Source of the DNA: Rubripirellula sp.
GTDB taxonomy: Bacteria > Planctomycetota > Planctomycetia > Pirellulales > Pirellulaceae
NCBI GenBank assembly: GCA_965216875.1
Contig: OZ244207.1
Span: forward strand, 4,288,001 to 4,352,000
DNA length: 64,000 bases
Direction of reading: 5' to 3'
The notes under the pieces are model-generated. The model was not told the origin of the DNA, did no database searches, and was given only the letters and a program-made list of their open reading frames with translations. This document shows positions 39,927-49,759 of this stretch, piece after piece; positions within the stretch are counted from its first letter, which is position 1; every line of letters begins with the position of its first letter. The position numbers and the translations under genes were made by a program.

Positions 39927-41495
39927 CTAGTTTTCGCCCGTTCCGAGCGCGGTGGTCTCTTCCATGTCGACCGTCAAGGCTTTGTAGCCACCGATCGACT
40001 TGAAGTAGACGATCAGCAGCAGGTAGCAGATCGCCATCACAGCCGGAACAAGGGCGGTGAGCTTCAACGCCATCCGGCTACCATGCAAGGTTGCCTCGCT
40101 CACGGGGCCTTCGTCCTCTTCGGCGTGTGCCTTGGCTTCGTCTTCCCACCAGGTGTTCAGGGCGGTCAGGCTATCGTTGCTGCCACCTTGCTCTTCCAAA
40201 ATCGCCAACTCACCGGCGAGCGATTCGCCCGAGTCGCCAAGGGTTGCCACCTTTTGGCCATCGAGACCGTTGGTTTTGAAGACAAGGAACGAGTTCTCGT
40301 TAGCAGCCTTGTAGCGGCCGAAGGTCTCGGTCGAAACCTCTTGCAGTTTTTCCGACGCGTACTTGTCTTGCTTGAAGCCGATACCGGGACCGCCGAGCAA
40401 ACCAGCCGAAAGCATGCCGACGCCGCCAACCATACCGAGCGTTACAGCACCACCTTTAGGGAATCGCTCGGAAACGACTGCCAACATGGTTGGCCAGAAG
40501 AAGGTCTTACCGAGACCGTAAATGGTCAACGCTGCCAAAGCAGCCATGGTCGTTCCGACGCCACCGAGGACGTAAAGGCCAAACGTTGCCAGGACCGCAC
40601 TGAAGAAGAGCAGTCCGAGTGGCGAAATTTTGTGAACGATGGGGCCGGCGACAAAGCGAAGAATGAACATCAATGCCGATGTGTAAACGAACAACCAACG
40701 GCCCGTCGTTTCGTCCAAGATCGAACCGGTGATCCGTGCAATCCACGAGTCGGTACCGAGTTCGACGTAGCCAACCATCGCGTGGATGATCAGGAGGAAC
40801 AACAACAGTGGTGCGAGGAATTGCTTGAGGATCTCACCGACCGAGACCCCAGCCGCACTCGCTTCGGTCTTAGGCATGCTTTGCCCAAAGATCATCACGC
40901 CGTAGACGAGCACGGGGATCAGGAACAAGCTGATTTGGATTTGCCACGAAACCGAATCGGCCATGAAAATCGCGGCCACACCACCAAGAATCAGACCAGC
41001 AGGCCAACCGGCATGCAGGATGTTCAGATAATGAGTCTTGTTGTTCGGAAAGAGGGTCGCCGTGAGCGGATTGACCACCGCCTCGCAGATCCCGTTACCG
41101 ATTGCAAACATGAACATCCCGATAAAGAGCGTCCAATAGGTTGCGTCTTTTCCGGCCGCTGCAAAAACGGCGGGAGCCGCCAGTGTCACCACTGCCGAAA
41201 GAAAGTGAACGATAAAGGCGAGGTACATCAAGCGAGCGTAACCGACCGCCTCGGCCAAAAAGCTCGAAATGATGATCACGATCCCGAAACCGACCAGACC
41301 ACCACCGGTGATCCCGCCAAGCTCGGTTTGCGTGAAGCCGAATTGATCCGACCAAGCGCCCAAGACACTCGCACCACGAACCGAGAAGCCGACACCGGCC
41401 GCGAGGATCGCAACAAAGCCAGCCCAGAGGAGCCGGTGGGCATTCGGAGCCGCTGCATAATTGAGTGCGGAAGTATCGTCGTTTGAGCTGCTCAT
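39927..41495 (-). CDS. MFS transporter
   Basis: About 12 hydrophobic helices; GNG..EAVVNPL, LHAGWP.G, FWPTML..VSERFPKGG. Confidence 0.88.
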   Translation of the reverse strand: MSSSNDDTSALNYAAAPNAHRLLWAGFVAILAAGVGFSVRGASVLGAWSDQFGFTQTELGGITGGGLVGFGIVIIISSFLAEAVGYARLMYLAFIVHFLSAVVTLAAPAVFAAAGKDATYWTLFIGMFMFAIGNGICEAVVNPLTATLFPNNKTHYLNILHAGWPAGLILGGVAAIFMADSVSWQIQISLFLIPVLVYGVMIFGQSMPKTEASAAGVSVGEILKQFLAPLLLFLLIIHAMVGYVELGTDSWIARITGSILDETTGRWLFVYTSALMFILRFVAGPIVHKISPLGLLFFSAVLATFGLYVLGGVGTTMAALAALTIYGLGKTFFWPTMLAVVSERFPKGGAVTLGMVGGVGMLSAGLLGGPGIGFKQDKYASEKLQEVSTETFGRYKAANENSFLVFKTNGLDGQKVATLGDSGESLAGELAILEEQGGSNDSLTALNTWWEDEAKAHAEEDEGPVSEATLHGSRMALKLTALVPAVMAICYLLLIVYFKSIGGYKALTVDMEETTALGTGEN

Positions 41496-41801
41496 CAGCT
41501 GTTGCCTTACGAATTTTGGAGGGGATGAACGGTGGAGTGGGTGGAGACTGCAGCCATCCTAGCGCGTTGAAATGCTGGCAAAGCTGAGGCCTGTCGTCAA
41601 GTTGCTTGCCGCTATCCAGCGAACAAAGGGGAGATTAGTTACAGGAAAGGGCCTCCGCCACTCGTCTGATCGCTATAGTTTGCCAGTTTTTGGCTGCGCC
41701 GTGGCGTCGAGCCTTTACCCAGCCCCCACGCTCTGGCGAGCGTCGGTACATTCAAACAAGCCGTTACCAATCCCCAACCGACTGATGAAGAGGATTCCAC
41801 C

Positions 41802-42365
41802 ATGCGATTCGCCCATTCCCTACTCGCCCTTTCCCTCGCCCTTGGAGTATTCAGCACCATGGCTACGGCTGAAGAACACGACTGCGCCCTCAGCTTCAAA
41901 ATGAAATCGATCGACGGCAAAACCGTTGACCTACACGACTACAAAGGCAAAGTCGTCCTGATGGTCAATGTGGCCAGCGAGTGCGGGCTGACCGGCCAAT
42001 ACGAGGGACTGCAAGCGTTGCACGAAGCTCACGCCAAGGATGGGCTCGTCGTGATGGGCTTTCCCTGCAACCAATTCGGCCAACAAGAGCCTGGAAGCGA
42101 CCAGGAAATCAAGCAATTCTGCACAGCTGAATTCCAGGTCACCTTCCCGATGTTCAGCAAAATTGACGTCAACGGCGACAACGCGGCTCCGCTCTACAAG
42201 CACCTGACCAGCCAAGACACCAAGCCAGACGGCAAGGGCAAGGTCGGCTGGAACTTCGCCAAGTTCCTGGTCGACAAAGAGGGCAAGGTCGCCGCCCGCT
42301 TCGCGCCCAACGTCGCCCCCGACGACGCTGAGCTCGTTAAAGCGATCAAGACCGCCTTGAAATAA
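41802..42365 (+). CDS. Exported Cys-type glutathione peroxidase
   Basis: NVASECGLT, FPCNQFG.QEPG, WNF.KFLV; signal peptide. Confidence 0.92.
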   Translation: MRFAHSLLALSLALGVFSTMATAEEHDCALSFKMKSIDGKTVDLHDYKGKVVLMVNVASECGLTGQYEGLQALHEAHAKDGLVVMGFPCNQFGQQEPGSDQEIKQFCTAEFQVTFPMFSKIDVNGDNAAPLYKHLTSQDTKPDGKGKVGWNFAKFLVDKEGKVAARFAPNVAPDDAELVKAIKTALK

Positions 42366-42374
42366 CGTCGGTCG

Positions 42375-42758
42375 GTAGGCCGGAGCCCAACGTAGCTACC
42401 TTCGCCAGAAGGTGGACGAGCTAGCAGGCCGCTTTCCACCACCCCACGCTCTGGCGAGCGTAGCTACGCCAGATTGCACACCCCTCGTTCCCACGGCCCC
42501 CGTGGGAACGCTCTCTTCGCCGCTCCGCGGCCTTCCCCAAAAAGCCCGAAGAGACGTGCCGGATCCGCGTCGCTGTCGCTCCTTGATCCGGCTTACACAA
42601 CTCCACCAAGTGAGCCGTGACCGCGTAAGCGGCCGGGCTTTGATCGCTCTTGCACAAGAGGCGAGGCCCGAGGCCTCACGGCCAGCGGCTCACGGGCCCA
42701 CCCCTCGTTCCCACGGTCCCCGTGGGAACGCTCTCTTCGCCGCTCCGCGGTCTTCCCC
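42375..42758. repeat. REP mosaic (families B, D, F twice, E-like)
   Basis: About 60-bp direct repeat CCCCTCGTTCCCACGG.CCCCGTGGGAACGCTCTCTTCGCCGCTCCGCGG at 42479 and 42699 enclosing a reverse family-B copy and a GTGAGCCG doublet. Confidence 0.88.
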
Positions 42759-42867
42759 TGCGTCCACTCCGCGGCCCCTCGCAATTGCATCGTGCGGTAG
42801 GGGCATCCCGATGGTATCCTGATAAGTGCCCCAAAAACTTGTCTTCTTATCGACGCAGGAATGATTC

Positions 42868-44625
42868 ATGAGCCAGGCGATGCAAGATTTCACTGATCTG
42901 CTTCTAAAGCAGGGAGTGATCAGCCTTGACCAACTCTCCGAGGCCGAGGATGTCGCAAAAAACACCAATGCGGATGTCGGCGATGTCCTGATCCAAATGG
43001 AGTACGCCACCCCAGAAGAGGTCGCCAAAGCGCTCGCCCAACACCACAAAATCCCTTACGTCGACCTGCGATCGGCTCAAATCCCCGACTCGGTGATCGA
43101 ATTGGTCCCCGAATCGGTTGCCCGCGAAAACATGGTCCTGCCCTACAGCGAGGACGAGGGGGCCCTGAGAATCCTGATCGCCGACCCGTTCGACCTCGAA
43201 ACGATCGAAAAACTCCGCTTCATCCTGAATCGGAAGATCGAAACGGCCCTGGCGCCGAAGGAATCGATCCAAGGGGCGATCAACAAGTACTACGGTCAAG
43301 TCGAAGGGGAATCGGCTGACTCGATGCTGCAGGAGTTCACCGACACGGCCATCGACTTCACCGAGACCGACGCGGACGCTGAAGTGGCCGAGGAGACGGT
43401 CGATGACAGCAGCGCTCCGGTCATCCGCCTGGTCAACCTGATGATCCAGGAAGCGGTCCAATTGCGTGCCAGCGACATCCACGTCGAGCCGTTCGAGGAC
43501 CGGGTGCGAATTCGTTACCGAATCGATGGCGTCTGCGTCGAACGCGAATGTGCCCCTCGCCGTATGCTGGCCGCGATCATCGCCCGCATCAAGATCCTCT
43601 CCAAGATCGACATCTCCGAGAAACGACGCCCCACTGACGGGCGGATCAAGATCACCGTTGGCGACAAGCAGCTCGACCTCCGCGTCTCGATCATCCCGAC
43701 CAACCACGGCCAGTCGGCGGTTATGCGTCTGCTGGACAAGGACAACATCAAAGTGGGGGTCCGTCAGCTCGGCCTCTCCGAGCGCGACTTCCGCAACTTC
43801 AACTCGCTCATCCGCCGGCCCAATGGCATCATTTTGGTGACAGGCCCAACGGGGTCGGGAAAGACCACCACGCTGTACGCTGCACTCAATGCTCTCAACC
43901 GCCCCGACCGCAAAGTGATCACGGCTGAGGACCCGGTCGAGTACTACCTGCCAGGCATCAATCAGGTCGAAGTGAAACACAACATCGGCCTCGACTTTGC
44001 GATGATCATTCGGGCCATGTTGCGACAGGCCCCCAACATCATCCTTGTCGGTGAGATGCGTGACCACGAGACGGCTTCCATGGGAATCCAAGCCTCGCTC
44101 ACTGGACACCTGGTATTCAGTACCCTGCATACGAACGACGCGCCCAGTGCTGTATCACGAATGGTGGACATCGGTGTACCATCCTATATGGTCGCTAGCA
44201 GCGTGATTGCGATCCTTGCCCAGCGATTAGTGCGAACGATCTGCCCCCGCTGCAAGGTACGATACACACCACCCGAAACGGTGCTGTCCGACACCGGCAT
44301 TCCACCCGAGATGATCAAGCAAGCCGAGTTCGCCAGAGGCAAGGGATGCGCCTATTGCGGACGCAGTGGCTACCGTGGCCGAATCGGCATCTACGAACTG
44401 ATGCTGATCAACAACAGGATCCGCGAAATGATGTTCAAAGGTGCTAGCACAAACGACCTTCGCATCGAGGCGATAAAGAATGGCATGTCAACACTTTACG
44501 CCGATGGCATGCTGAAAGCTGTCCGTGGGATCACGACCTTTGAAGAGGTCTACCGAGTGGCCAAAAAGACCGAGACCGAGTCACTCGCCTTTTCGCATAT
44601 CGTCAAGGACCTCGACTCGCTGTAG
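42868..44625 (+). CDS. PilB/GspE-family extension ATPase 1
   Basis: ASDIHVEP, GPTGSGKTTT, EDPVE, LRQAP..ILVGEMRD, TGHLVFSTLHTND, CPRC/CAYC Zn motif. Confidence 0.93.
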   Translation: MSQAMQDFTDLLLKQGVISLDQLSEAEDVAKNTNADVGDVLIQMEYATPEEVAKALAQHHKIPYVDLRSAQIPDSVIELVPESVARENMVLPYSEDEGALRILIADPFDLETIEKLRFILNRKIETALAPKESIQGAINKYYGQVEGESADSMLQEFTDTAIDFTETDADAEVAEETVDDSSAPVIRLVNLMIQEAVQLRASDIHVEPFEDRVRIRYRIDGVCVERECAPRRMLAAIIARIKILSKIDISEKRRPTDGRIKITVGDKQLDLRVSIIPTNHGQSAVMRLLDKDNIKVGVRQLGLSERDFRNFNSLIRRPNGIILVTGPTGSGKTTTLYAALNALNRPDRKVITAEDPVEYYLPGINQVEVKHNIGLDFAMIIRAMLRQAPNIILVGEMRDHETASMGIQASLTGHLVFSTLHTNDAPSAVSRMVDIGVPSYMVASSVIAILAQRLVRTICPRCKVRYTPPETVLSDTGIPPEMIKQAEFARGKGCAYCGRSGYRGRIGIYELMLINNRIREMMFKGASTNDLRIEAIKNGMSTLYADGMLKAVRGITTFEEVYRVAKKTETESLAFSHIVKDLDSL

Positions 44626-45302
44626 GCCTGCCCAAAACCACAGGACCAGCCGCATCACCACCGAGCCAACGAAAGCCACCGGCGCGAGCACCACACCCTC
44701 TCGCCTAAGGGGTTCGGCGGCAACACCTCCCGCCTTCGATTTCGCAGTTCGATGGGAGGTCGAAAGGCATGCGAGCCTGACGGACGGGGCGCACTAAGTG
44801 CGCGCTGAAACCGATTTTTGGTCCGTTTTTTTGGACGATGACGCCTGGAGGGCAATAATGTTGCCACTGACCGGGAATCGAAACGGAAAATCATCGCCTA
44901 ACAGCATTGGCTTTCTGTGGTCCCCCCGACCTTGTCTCGAACCGGCCAGAGGAAGTTTGCCACGACGACAAACCCCACCGAGCTCGACCTTATCCTTTTC
45001 GCCGCTCGGTCCATCGCGATATCAAACGATCCATTGGATCTAAACATAAATACACCGTCCTAATCTCATTCACTCGCGCAGCATGACCGCTGCACCTTGC
45101 TTCCACTTTATGTCCCAGTTCCCAACAAGCTCGCCCGCGAGCCTTGCCGGGTGATGTGCCACACCCCATCACAGCGGCATTAGCAAGCAAATCGGCTAGT
45201 GGTTGGTTACATTGTCGAGCCAACCGTGAGATAGCTCACCTTGGATCTGGATGACATTTTGTAGGCGAGCAACACACGCATCACACATAGGAGAGACGCG
45301 CC

Positions 45303-46412
45303 TTGGCCACCGTTCTTATTGACAAGTTGCTGCAGGCAGCCATCAAGCAGGGCGTGAGCGATATCCACATTGTGGTCGGCCAACCGCCAGTGTTCCGTCT
45401 TCACGGACGCATGCGGAAGCTGGAAACCAAGACGCTCGACGCCGAAGACGCTGTGGCGCTGATGAAGAGCATCACGCCGGAGCGTTGCCAACGTGAACTT
45501 CAGGAAGCGGGAAGCACTGACTTTGGCTTCGCATTTGGCGAACAAGCTCGGTTTCGTGTTTCCGTTTTCAAACAGCGCGGCTTCATCTCGATGGTGCTGC
45601 GTCAAATCCCCAACGACAAACTCACGCCCGAACAGCTCGGTTTGCCCGAGGCGGTTGTGAAGATGGTTCACCGGCCTCGCGGATTGTTCCTGGTCACCGG
45701 CCCGACCGGGTCCGGAAAGAGTACGACGCTGGCAAGTTTGATCAACCTGCTCAACGAAACACTCGACCATCACATCATCACGATCGAAGACCCGATCGAG
45801 TTTTACCACGACCATATTCAAAGCACGATCAACCAGCGTGAAGTCGGCGTGGACGTGCCAAGCTTCTCCGAAGCCATTCGCCGTGCGTTGCGGCAAGACC
45901 CCGACGTGATTCTCGTCGGCGAGCTTCGTGACCTCGAAACCATCGAAGCTGCCATTAGTGCTGCGGAAACGGGTCACATCGTTTTCGGCACCCTGCACAC
46001 CAACAGCGCTCAAGGCACGGTCAACCGGATCATCGACGCGTTCCCTGGAAACCTGCAGGACCAGATTCGAACTCAGTTGGCCAGCACGTTGATCGGCGTG
46101 GTCGCACAAACGCTCCTGCCGCGTATCGGTGGCGGCCGATTGGCTGCGTATGAAGTTCTTGTTGTCACGCCCGGCGTTGCCAACCTGATTCGTGAAAACA
46201 AAACGTTCCGAATCAACAGTGCGATGCAGACAGGTGCCAAGTTCGGCATGCAGCTGATGGATGACGCACTCTTTAGCCATTGGCAAAACGAATTCATCAC
46301 GGTTGAAGACGCCCTTTCAAAGGCACATCGTCCTGACGACTTGGCCAAACGCATCGTCCAAGCACGCCGCGGGTTGGCCGATGATCCAATTCCGGTTCCC
46401 GAAGACGAATAG
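45303..46412 (+). CDS. pilT: Type IV pilus retraction ATPase
   Basis: SDIH, GPTGSGKSTT, TIEDPIE, NQREVG, ALRQDPD, AAETGH, ANLIRE, GMQ; AGGAG RBS and TTG start. Confidence 0.93.
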   Translation: MATVLIDKLLQAAIKQGVSDIHIVVGQPPVFRLHGRMRKLETKTLDAEDAVALMKSITPERCQRELQEAGSTDFGFAFGEQARFRVSVFKQRGFISMVLRQIPNDKLTPEQLGLPEAVVKMVHRPRGLFLVTGPTGSGKSTTLASLINLLNETLDHHIITIEDPIEFYHDHIQSTINQREVGVDVPSFSEAIRRALRQDPDVILVGELRDLETIEAAISAAETGHIVFGTLHTNSAQGTVNRIIDAFPGNLQDQIRTQLASTLIGVVAQTLLPRIGGGRLAAYEVLVVTPGVANLIRENKTFRINSAMQTGAKFGMQLMDDALFSHWQNEFITVEDALSKAHRPDDLAKRIVQARRGLADDPIPVPEDE

Positions 46413-46502
46413 ATCCGGCTGCCGAAGCTGAATCCATAGCCGCCTCAAAACGGCGACCACGAAACAGTTCACCCCAAAACCTCATAAGCACTCCGACAAA
46501 AC

Positions 46503-48215
46503 ATGGCTCCTCGTCGCATCGGACAGATTCTTGTCGACCTTGGTTTTTTGACCGACGACCAACTTGAGGTTGTTCTTGAGGAACAAGAGCAACAGCCAGG
46601 TGCATTGCTCGGCAAGATCGCTGAAGACATGCAGCTGATCACGGATGAACAACTCATCCAGGCGTTGGCCGAGCAGATGTCGATGCAGACGATCTCGCTC
46701 GAAGACATCACGCTTGATGCAGAAGTCTTGGAAAAGGTTTCTGAAACGATGGCTCAGCTTTACCGAATCATCCCGATCAAGTTTGAAAACGACACGCTGA
46801 CCGTTGCAACCTGCGACCCACAAAACCTGACGATCCAAGACGAACTACGTACGTTCCTTGGCTACGAAATCGTGATGATCGTGGCGACCGAACGCGACGT
46901 GCTGCAAACGATCAGTCGTCACTACGACAGCGAAGCCGAGAGTGTCGAAAAACTTGTCGCAGAACTCGCTGCCGACGAAGAACTCAAAGCCGCCATTTCT
47001 GCACTGGAATCGGAAAAGTTCAACATCACCGACGCCGAGGCCCTTGCCGATTCGGCACCCGTGCGAAAGCTGCTCAACATGGTGATGCTGTTGGCGATTA
47101 AAGACCACGCCAGCGACATTCACTTTGAACCGTTCGAAGATGAGTTCCGAATCCGCATCAAAGCGGAAGGCGTGCTCTACGAAATGGTCCCGCCGCCACG
47201 TCACCTCGCCTTCGCGATCACGACGCGAATCAAGGTGATGGCCGACTTGGACATCGCTGAACGCCGTATGCCTCAAGACGGCCGGATCGAACTGATGGTC
47301 GGTGGTCACCCGGTCGACCTTCGCGTCAGCGTGCTGCCGACGATCTTTGGCGAAAGCGTCGTCATGCGGATTTTGGACCGCTCGGTCGTCAACCTGTCGC
47401 TCGAAAATGTCGGGATGGACGAGTCGATGCTCGGGTCCTTCCGAAGTGCGATCGACCGGCCCAACGGAATTGTGCTGGTCACTGGCCCAACGGGAAGCGG
47501 CAAGACAACGACGCTCTATTCGTCGCTTACCGAACTGAATGACATCAAGGATAAGTTGATCACGACCGAAGACCCGGTCGAATACGACATCGATGGCATC
47601 GTGCAGATCCCGATCGATACGGATGTTGGCGTCACGTTTGCCGGTTGTTTGCGAGCGATCTTGCGGCAAGACCCCGACACGATTCTTGTCGGTGAAATCC
47701 GTGACCTTGAAACGGCCGAAATCGCGATCCAAGCCGCGCTAACCGGCCACTTGGTCTTTAGCACGTTGCACACCAACGACGCTCCTTCGACGGTCACCCG
47801 ATTGAAGGACATGGGCATTCAACCGTTCATGATCTGTGCGACGGTCGAAGCAATCCTTGCCCAGCGTTTGGTGCGTCGAATCTGCACCAAGTGCCGCGAA
47901 GAAACCAAAGTCACCACGTCGATGTTGCACGACCTTGGCATGACCAAGGAAGAGGCGGCCGGCAAAAAGTACTTCAAAGGGACCGGTTGCGATCAATGCA
48001 ACAACACCGGCTACAAAGGCCGCATCGCTCTATTTGAACTGATGGTCCTGAACGACAAACTCCGCGAGATGATTCTCAGCAACGCGTCGACCGACGAATT
48101 GCGAGACGAAGCAATGCGGTACGAAATGGTCCCACTGCGCCAGTTCGGAATGTCCTTGGCCGAAGACGGAATCACCACCTTGGATGAGGTGATTCGAGAG
48201 ACGGTGGAAGAATAA
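46503..48215 (+). CDS. PilB/GspE-family extension ATPase 2 with N-terminal MshEN motif
   Basis: RIGQILVDLGFLTDDQLEVVLEEQ; Walker A GPTGSGKTTT; LRQDPD; CTKC/CDQC. Confidence 0.93.
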   Translation: MAPRRIGQILVDLGFLTDDQLEVVLEEQEQQPGALLGKIAEDMQLITDEQLIQALAEQMSMQTISLEDITLDAEVLEKVSETMAQLYRIIPIKFENDTLTVATCDPQNLTIQDELRTFLGYEIVMIVATERDVLQTISRHYDSEAESVEKLVAELAADEELKAAISALESEKFNITDAEALADSAPVRKLLNMVMLLAIKDHASDIHFEPFEDEFRIRIKAEGVLYEMVPPPRHLAFAITTRIKVMADLDIAERRMPQDGRIELMVGGHPVDLRVSVLPTIFGESVVMRILDRSVVNLSLENVGMDESMLGSFRSAIDRPNGIVLVTGPTGSGKTTTLYSSLTELNDIKDKLITTEDPVEYDIDGIVQIPIDTDVGVTFAGCLRAILRQDPDTILVGEIRDLETAEIAIQAALTGHLVFSTLHTNDAPSTVTRLKDMGIQPFMICATVEAILAQRLVRRICTKCREETKVTTSMLHDLGMTKEEAAGKKYFKGTGCDQCNNTGYKGRIALFELMVLNDKLREMILSNASTDELRDEAMRYEMVPLRQFGMSLAEDGITTLDEVIRETVEE

Positions 48216-48298
48216 GCCGTCACCCAACAGACCCAGCACGGAAAACGCACCCGCGGAAAGCCCTAAAGATTAGAGCCTTTTTAATCGGTACCTGAACC

Positions 48299-49738
48299 AT
48301 GCCTACTTATCAATTCGAAGCGATGGACGCGACCGGACAAGAGATCCGGGACGAGATCGACGCGGCCAACGAAGAAGAGGCGCAAACCACCATTCGCCAG
48401 ATGGGATACTTCGTCACGAAGATCTCCGTCAAAAAGCAAGCGGCCGCAGCCGCCGGTGGTAAAGCATCCAAGAAACGCAGCTTTGGCTTCGGTGGTGCCA
48501 AGACAAAACACATCTGCGCGTTTACGCGTCAGCTTTCGATTCTGCAAGACGCCGGCCTGCCGATTCTTCGCAGCCTCAAGATCCTCGAAAACAACCAAAA
48601 GCCGGGCAAGCTTAAAAACGCTCTGATGGATGTTTGCGAAGAGATTGAAGGGGGTGCCACGCTCAGTGAAGCGATGAGTAAATGCCCCAAGGTCTTCACG
48701 CGTTTGTACGTGAACATGATCAAGGCGGGTGAAGCCGGTGGTGCACTCGAAACCATTCTTCAACGTTTGGCCGACTTCCTTGAGCGGGCCGAATCGCTCA
48801 AACGAAAAGTCAAAGGCGCGCTGATCTACCCGATCATTGTTGTTTTGGTTGCTGCGTTGATCCTGACGTTCATCATGATCTTCATCGTGCCAACGTTCGA
48901 AACGATGTTTGATGAGTTCGGCCTGACGCTGCCCGCTCCAACGATCCTGCTGATCGCCATGAGCAACTACATATCGGGCTACTGGTTCTTGCTGATCGCA
49001 ATGCCGATCTGCTTGCTGATCCTGGTCAAGTTGATACGAAAGTTCCGGCATGGGCGGATGGGCTTTGACATGTTCATCATCAAGGTGCCCATCTTCGGGG
49101 GCCTGGTTGAAAAGAACATCTTGGCTCGAACGACGCGAACCCTCGGCACGTTAGTCAGTAGTGGTGTGCCGATTCTGGAAGCGATCAATATCACTCGCGA
49201 AACATCGGGCAACGCAATGTTCGAGCGAATGTTCACGCGGGTGAACGAGTCGATTCGCGAAGGGGAAGTGATCAGCAAGCCGCTGCGTGAATACAGCGTA
49301 CTCGGCTTCCACCCAATGGCATTTGTCTTCTGGGGACTGTTTGGGTCGTTCCCAGGTTGGATCGTTTTGTCGATCGCGCTCACAGCGACGGGCACCAAGC
49401 TTGATGATGGGACGATGGTGCAAACACTCACCATGCTGGCAGGTTACTTGATCGGCGGTGGTGCCTTGCTCGCGTGCCTTTGGGGCATGACCAAAATCAA
49501 ATCACGTGTTGTTGATGACCTCGTCGTCAACATGGTGGACGTCGGTGAAGAGACCGGTGAGCTCGACACGATGCTTTACAAGGTCGCCGACACCTACGAC
49601 GAAGAAGTACGAACGATGACCGATGGTCTGACCGCACTGATGGAACCGCTGATGATCGTGTTCCTCGGCTTGGCAGTTGGTTTCATCGTGATCAGTTTGT
49701 TCATGCCGCTGGTCGAGTTGATCACCGGTTTGACCTGA
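48299..49738 (+). CDS. pilC: PilC/GspF inner-membrane platform protein
   Basis: FTRQL...AGLP, AGEAGG.L, ALIYP, VGEETGEL, LMEP, FMPL. Confidence 0.92.
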   Translation: MPTYQFEAMDATGQEIRDEIDAANEEEAQTTIRQMGYFVTKISVKKQAAAAAGGKASKKRSFGFGGAKTKHICAFTRQLSILQDAGLPILRSLKILENNQKPGKLKNALMDVCEEIEGGATLSEAMSKCPKVFTRLYVNMIKAGEAGGALETILQRLADFLERAESLKRKVKGALIYPIIVVLVAALILTFIMIFIVPTFETMFDEFGLTLPAPTILLIAMSNYISGYWFLLIAMPICLLILVKLIRKFRHGRMGFDMFIIKVPIFGGLVEKNILARTTRTLGTLVSSGVPILEAINITRETSGNAMFERMFTRVNESIREGEVISKPLREYSVLGFHPMAFVFWGLFGSFPGWIVLSIALTATGTKLDDGTMVQTLTMLAGYLIGGGALLACLWGMTKIKSRVVDDLVVNMVDVGEETGELDTMLYKVADTYDEEVRTMTDGLTALMEPLMIVFLGLAVGFIVISLFMPLVELITGLT

Positions 49739-49759
49739 TCCCAAACAAGAAAGCGTTGG

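Noticed and set aside
39879..41486. 535-aa + strand ORF
   Set aside because: Antisense shadow of the MFS gene; no motifs; explained by codon bias
41802..42365. Selenocysteine in the glutathione peroxidase
   Set aside because: The active-site codon is TGC (Cys); there is no in-frame TGA
42412..43049. Short ORFs in the 42.4-42.8 kb gap
   Set aside because: They are translations of the REP mosaic or overlap pilB1
44626..45302. c-di-GMP riboswitch upstream of pilT
   Set aside because: No GEMM-like GGCAAA..GAAA..GACGCAAA core found by eye; needs an Rfam scan
42904..47732. Long - strand ORFs (408, 359 and 295 aa) opposite the pilus ATPases
   Set aside because: Antisense shadows of well-supported genes
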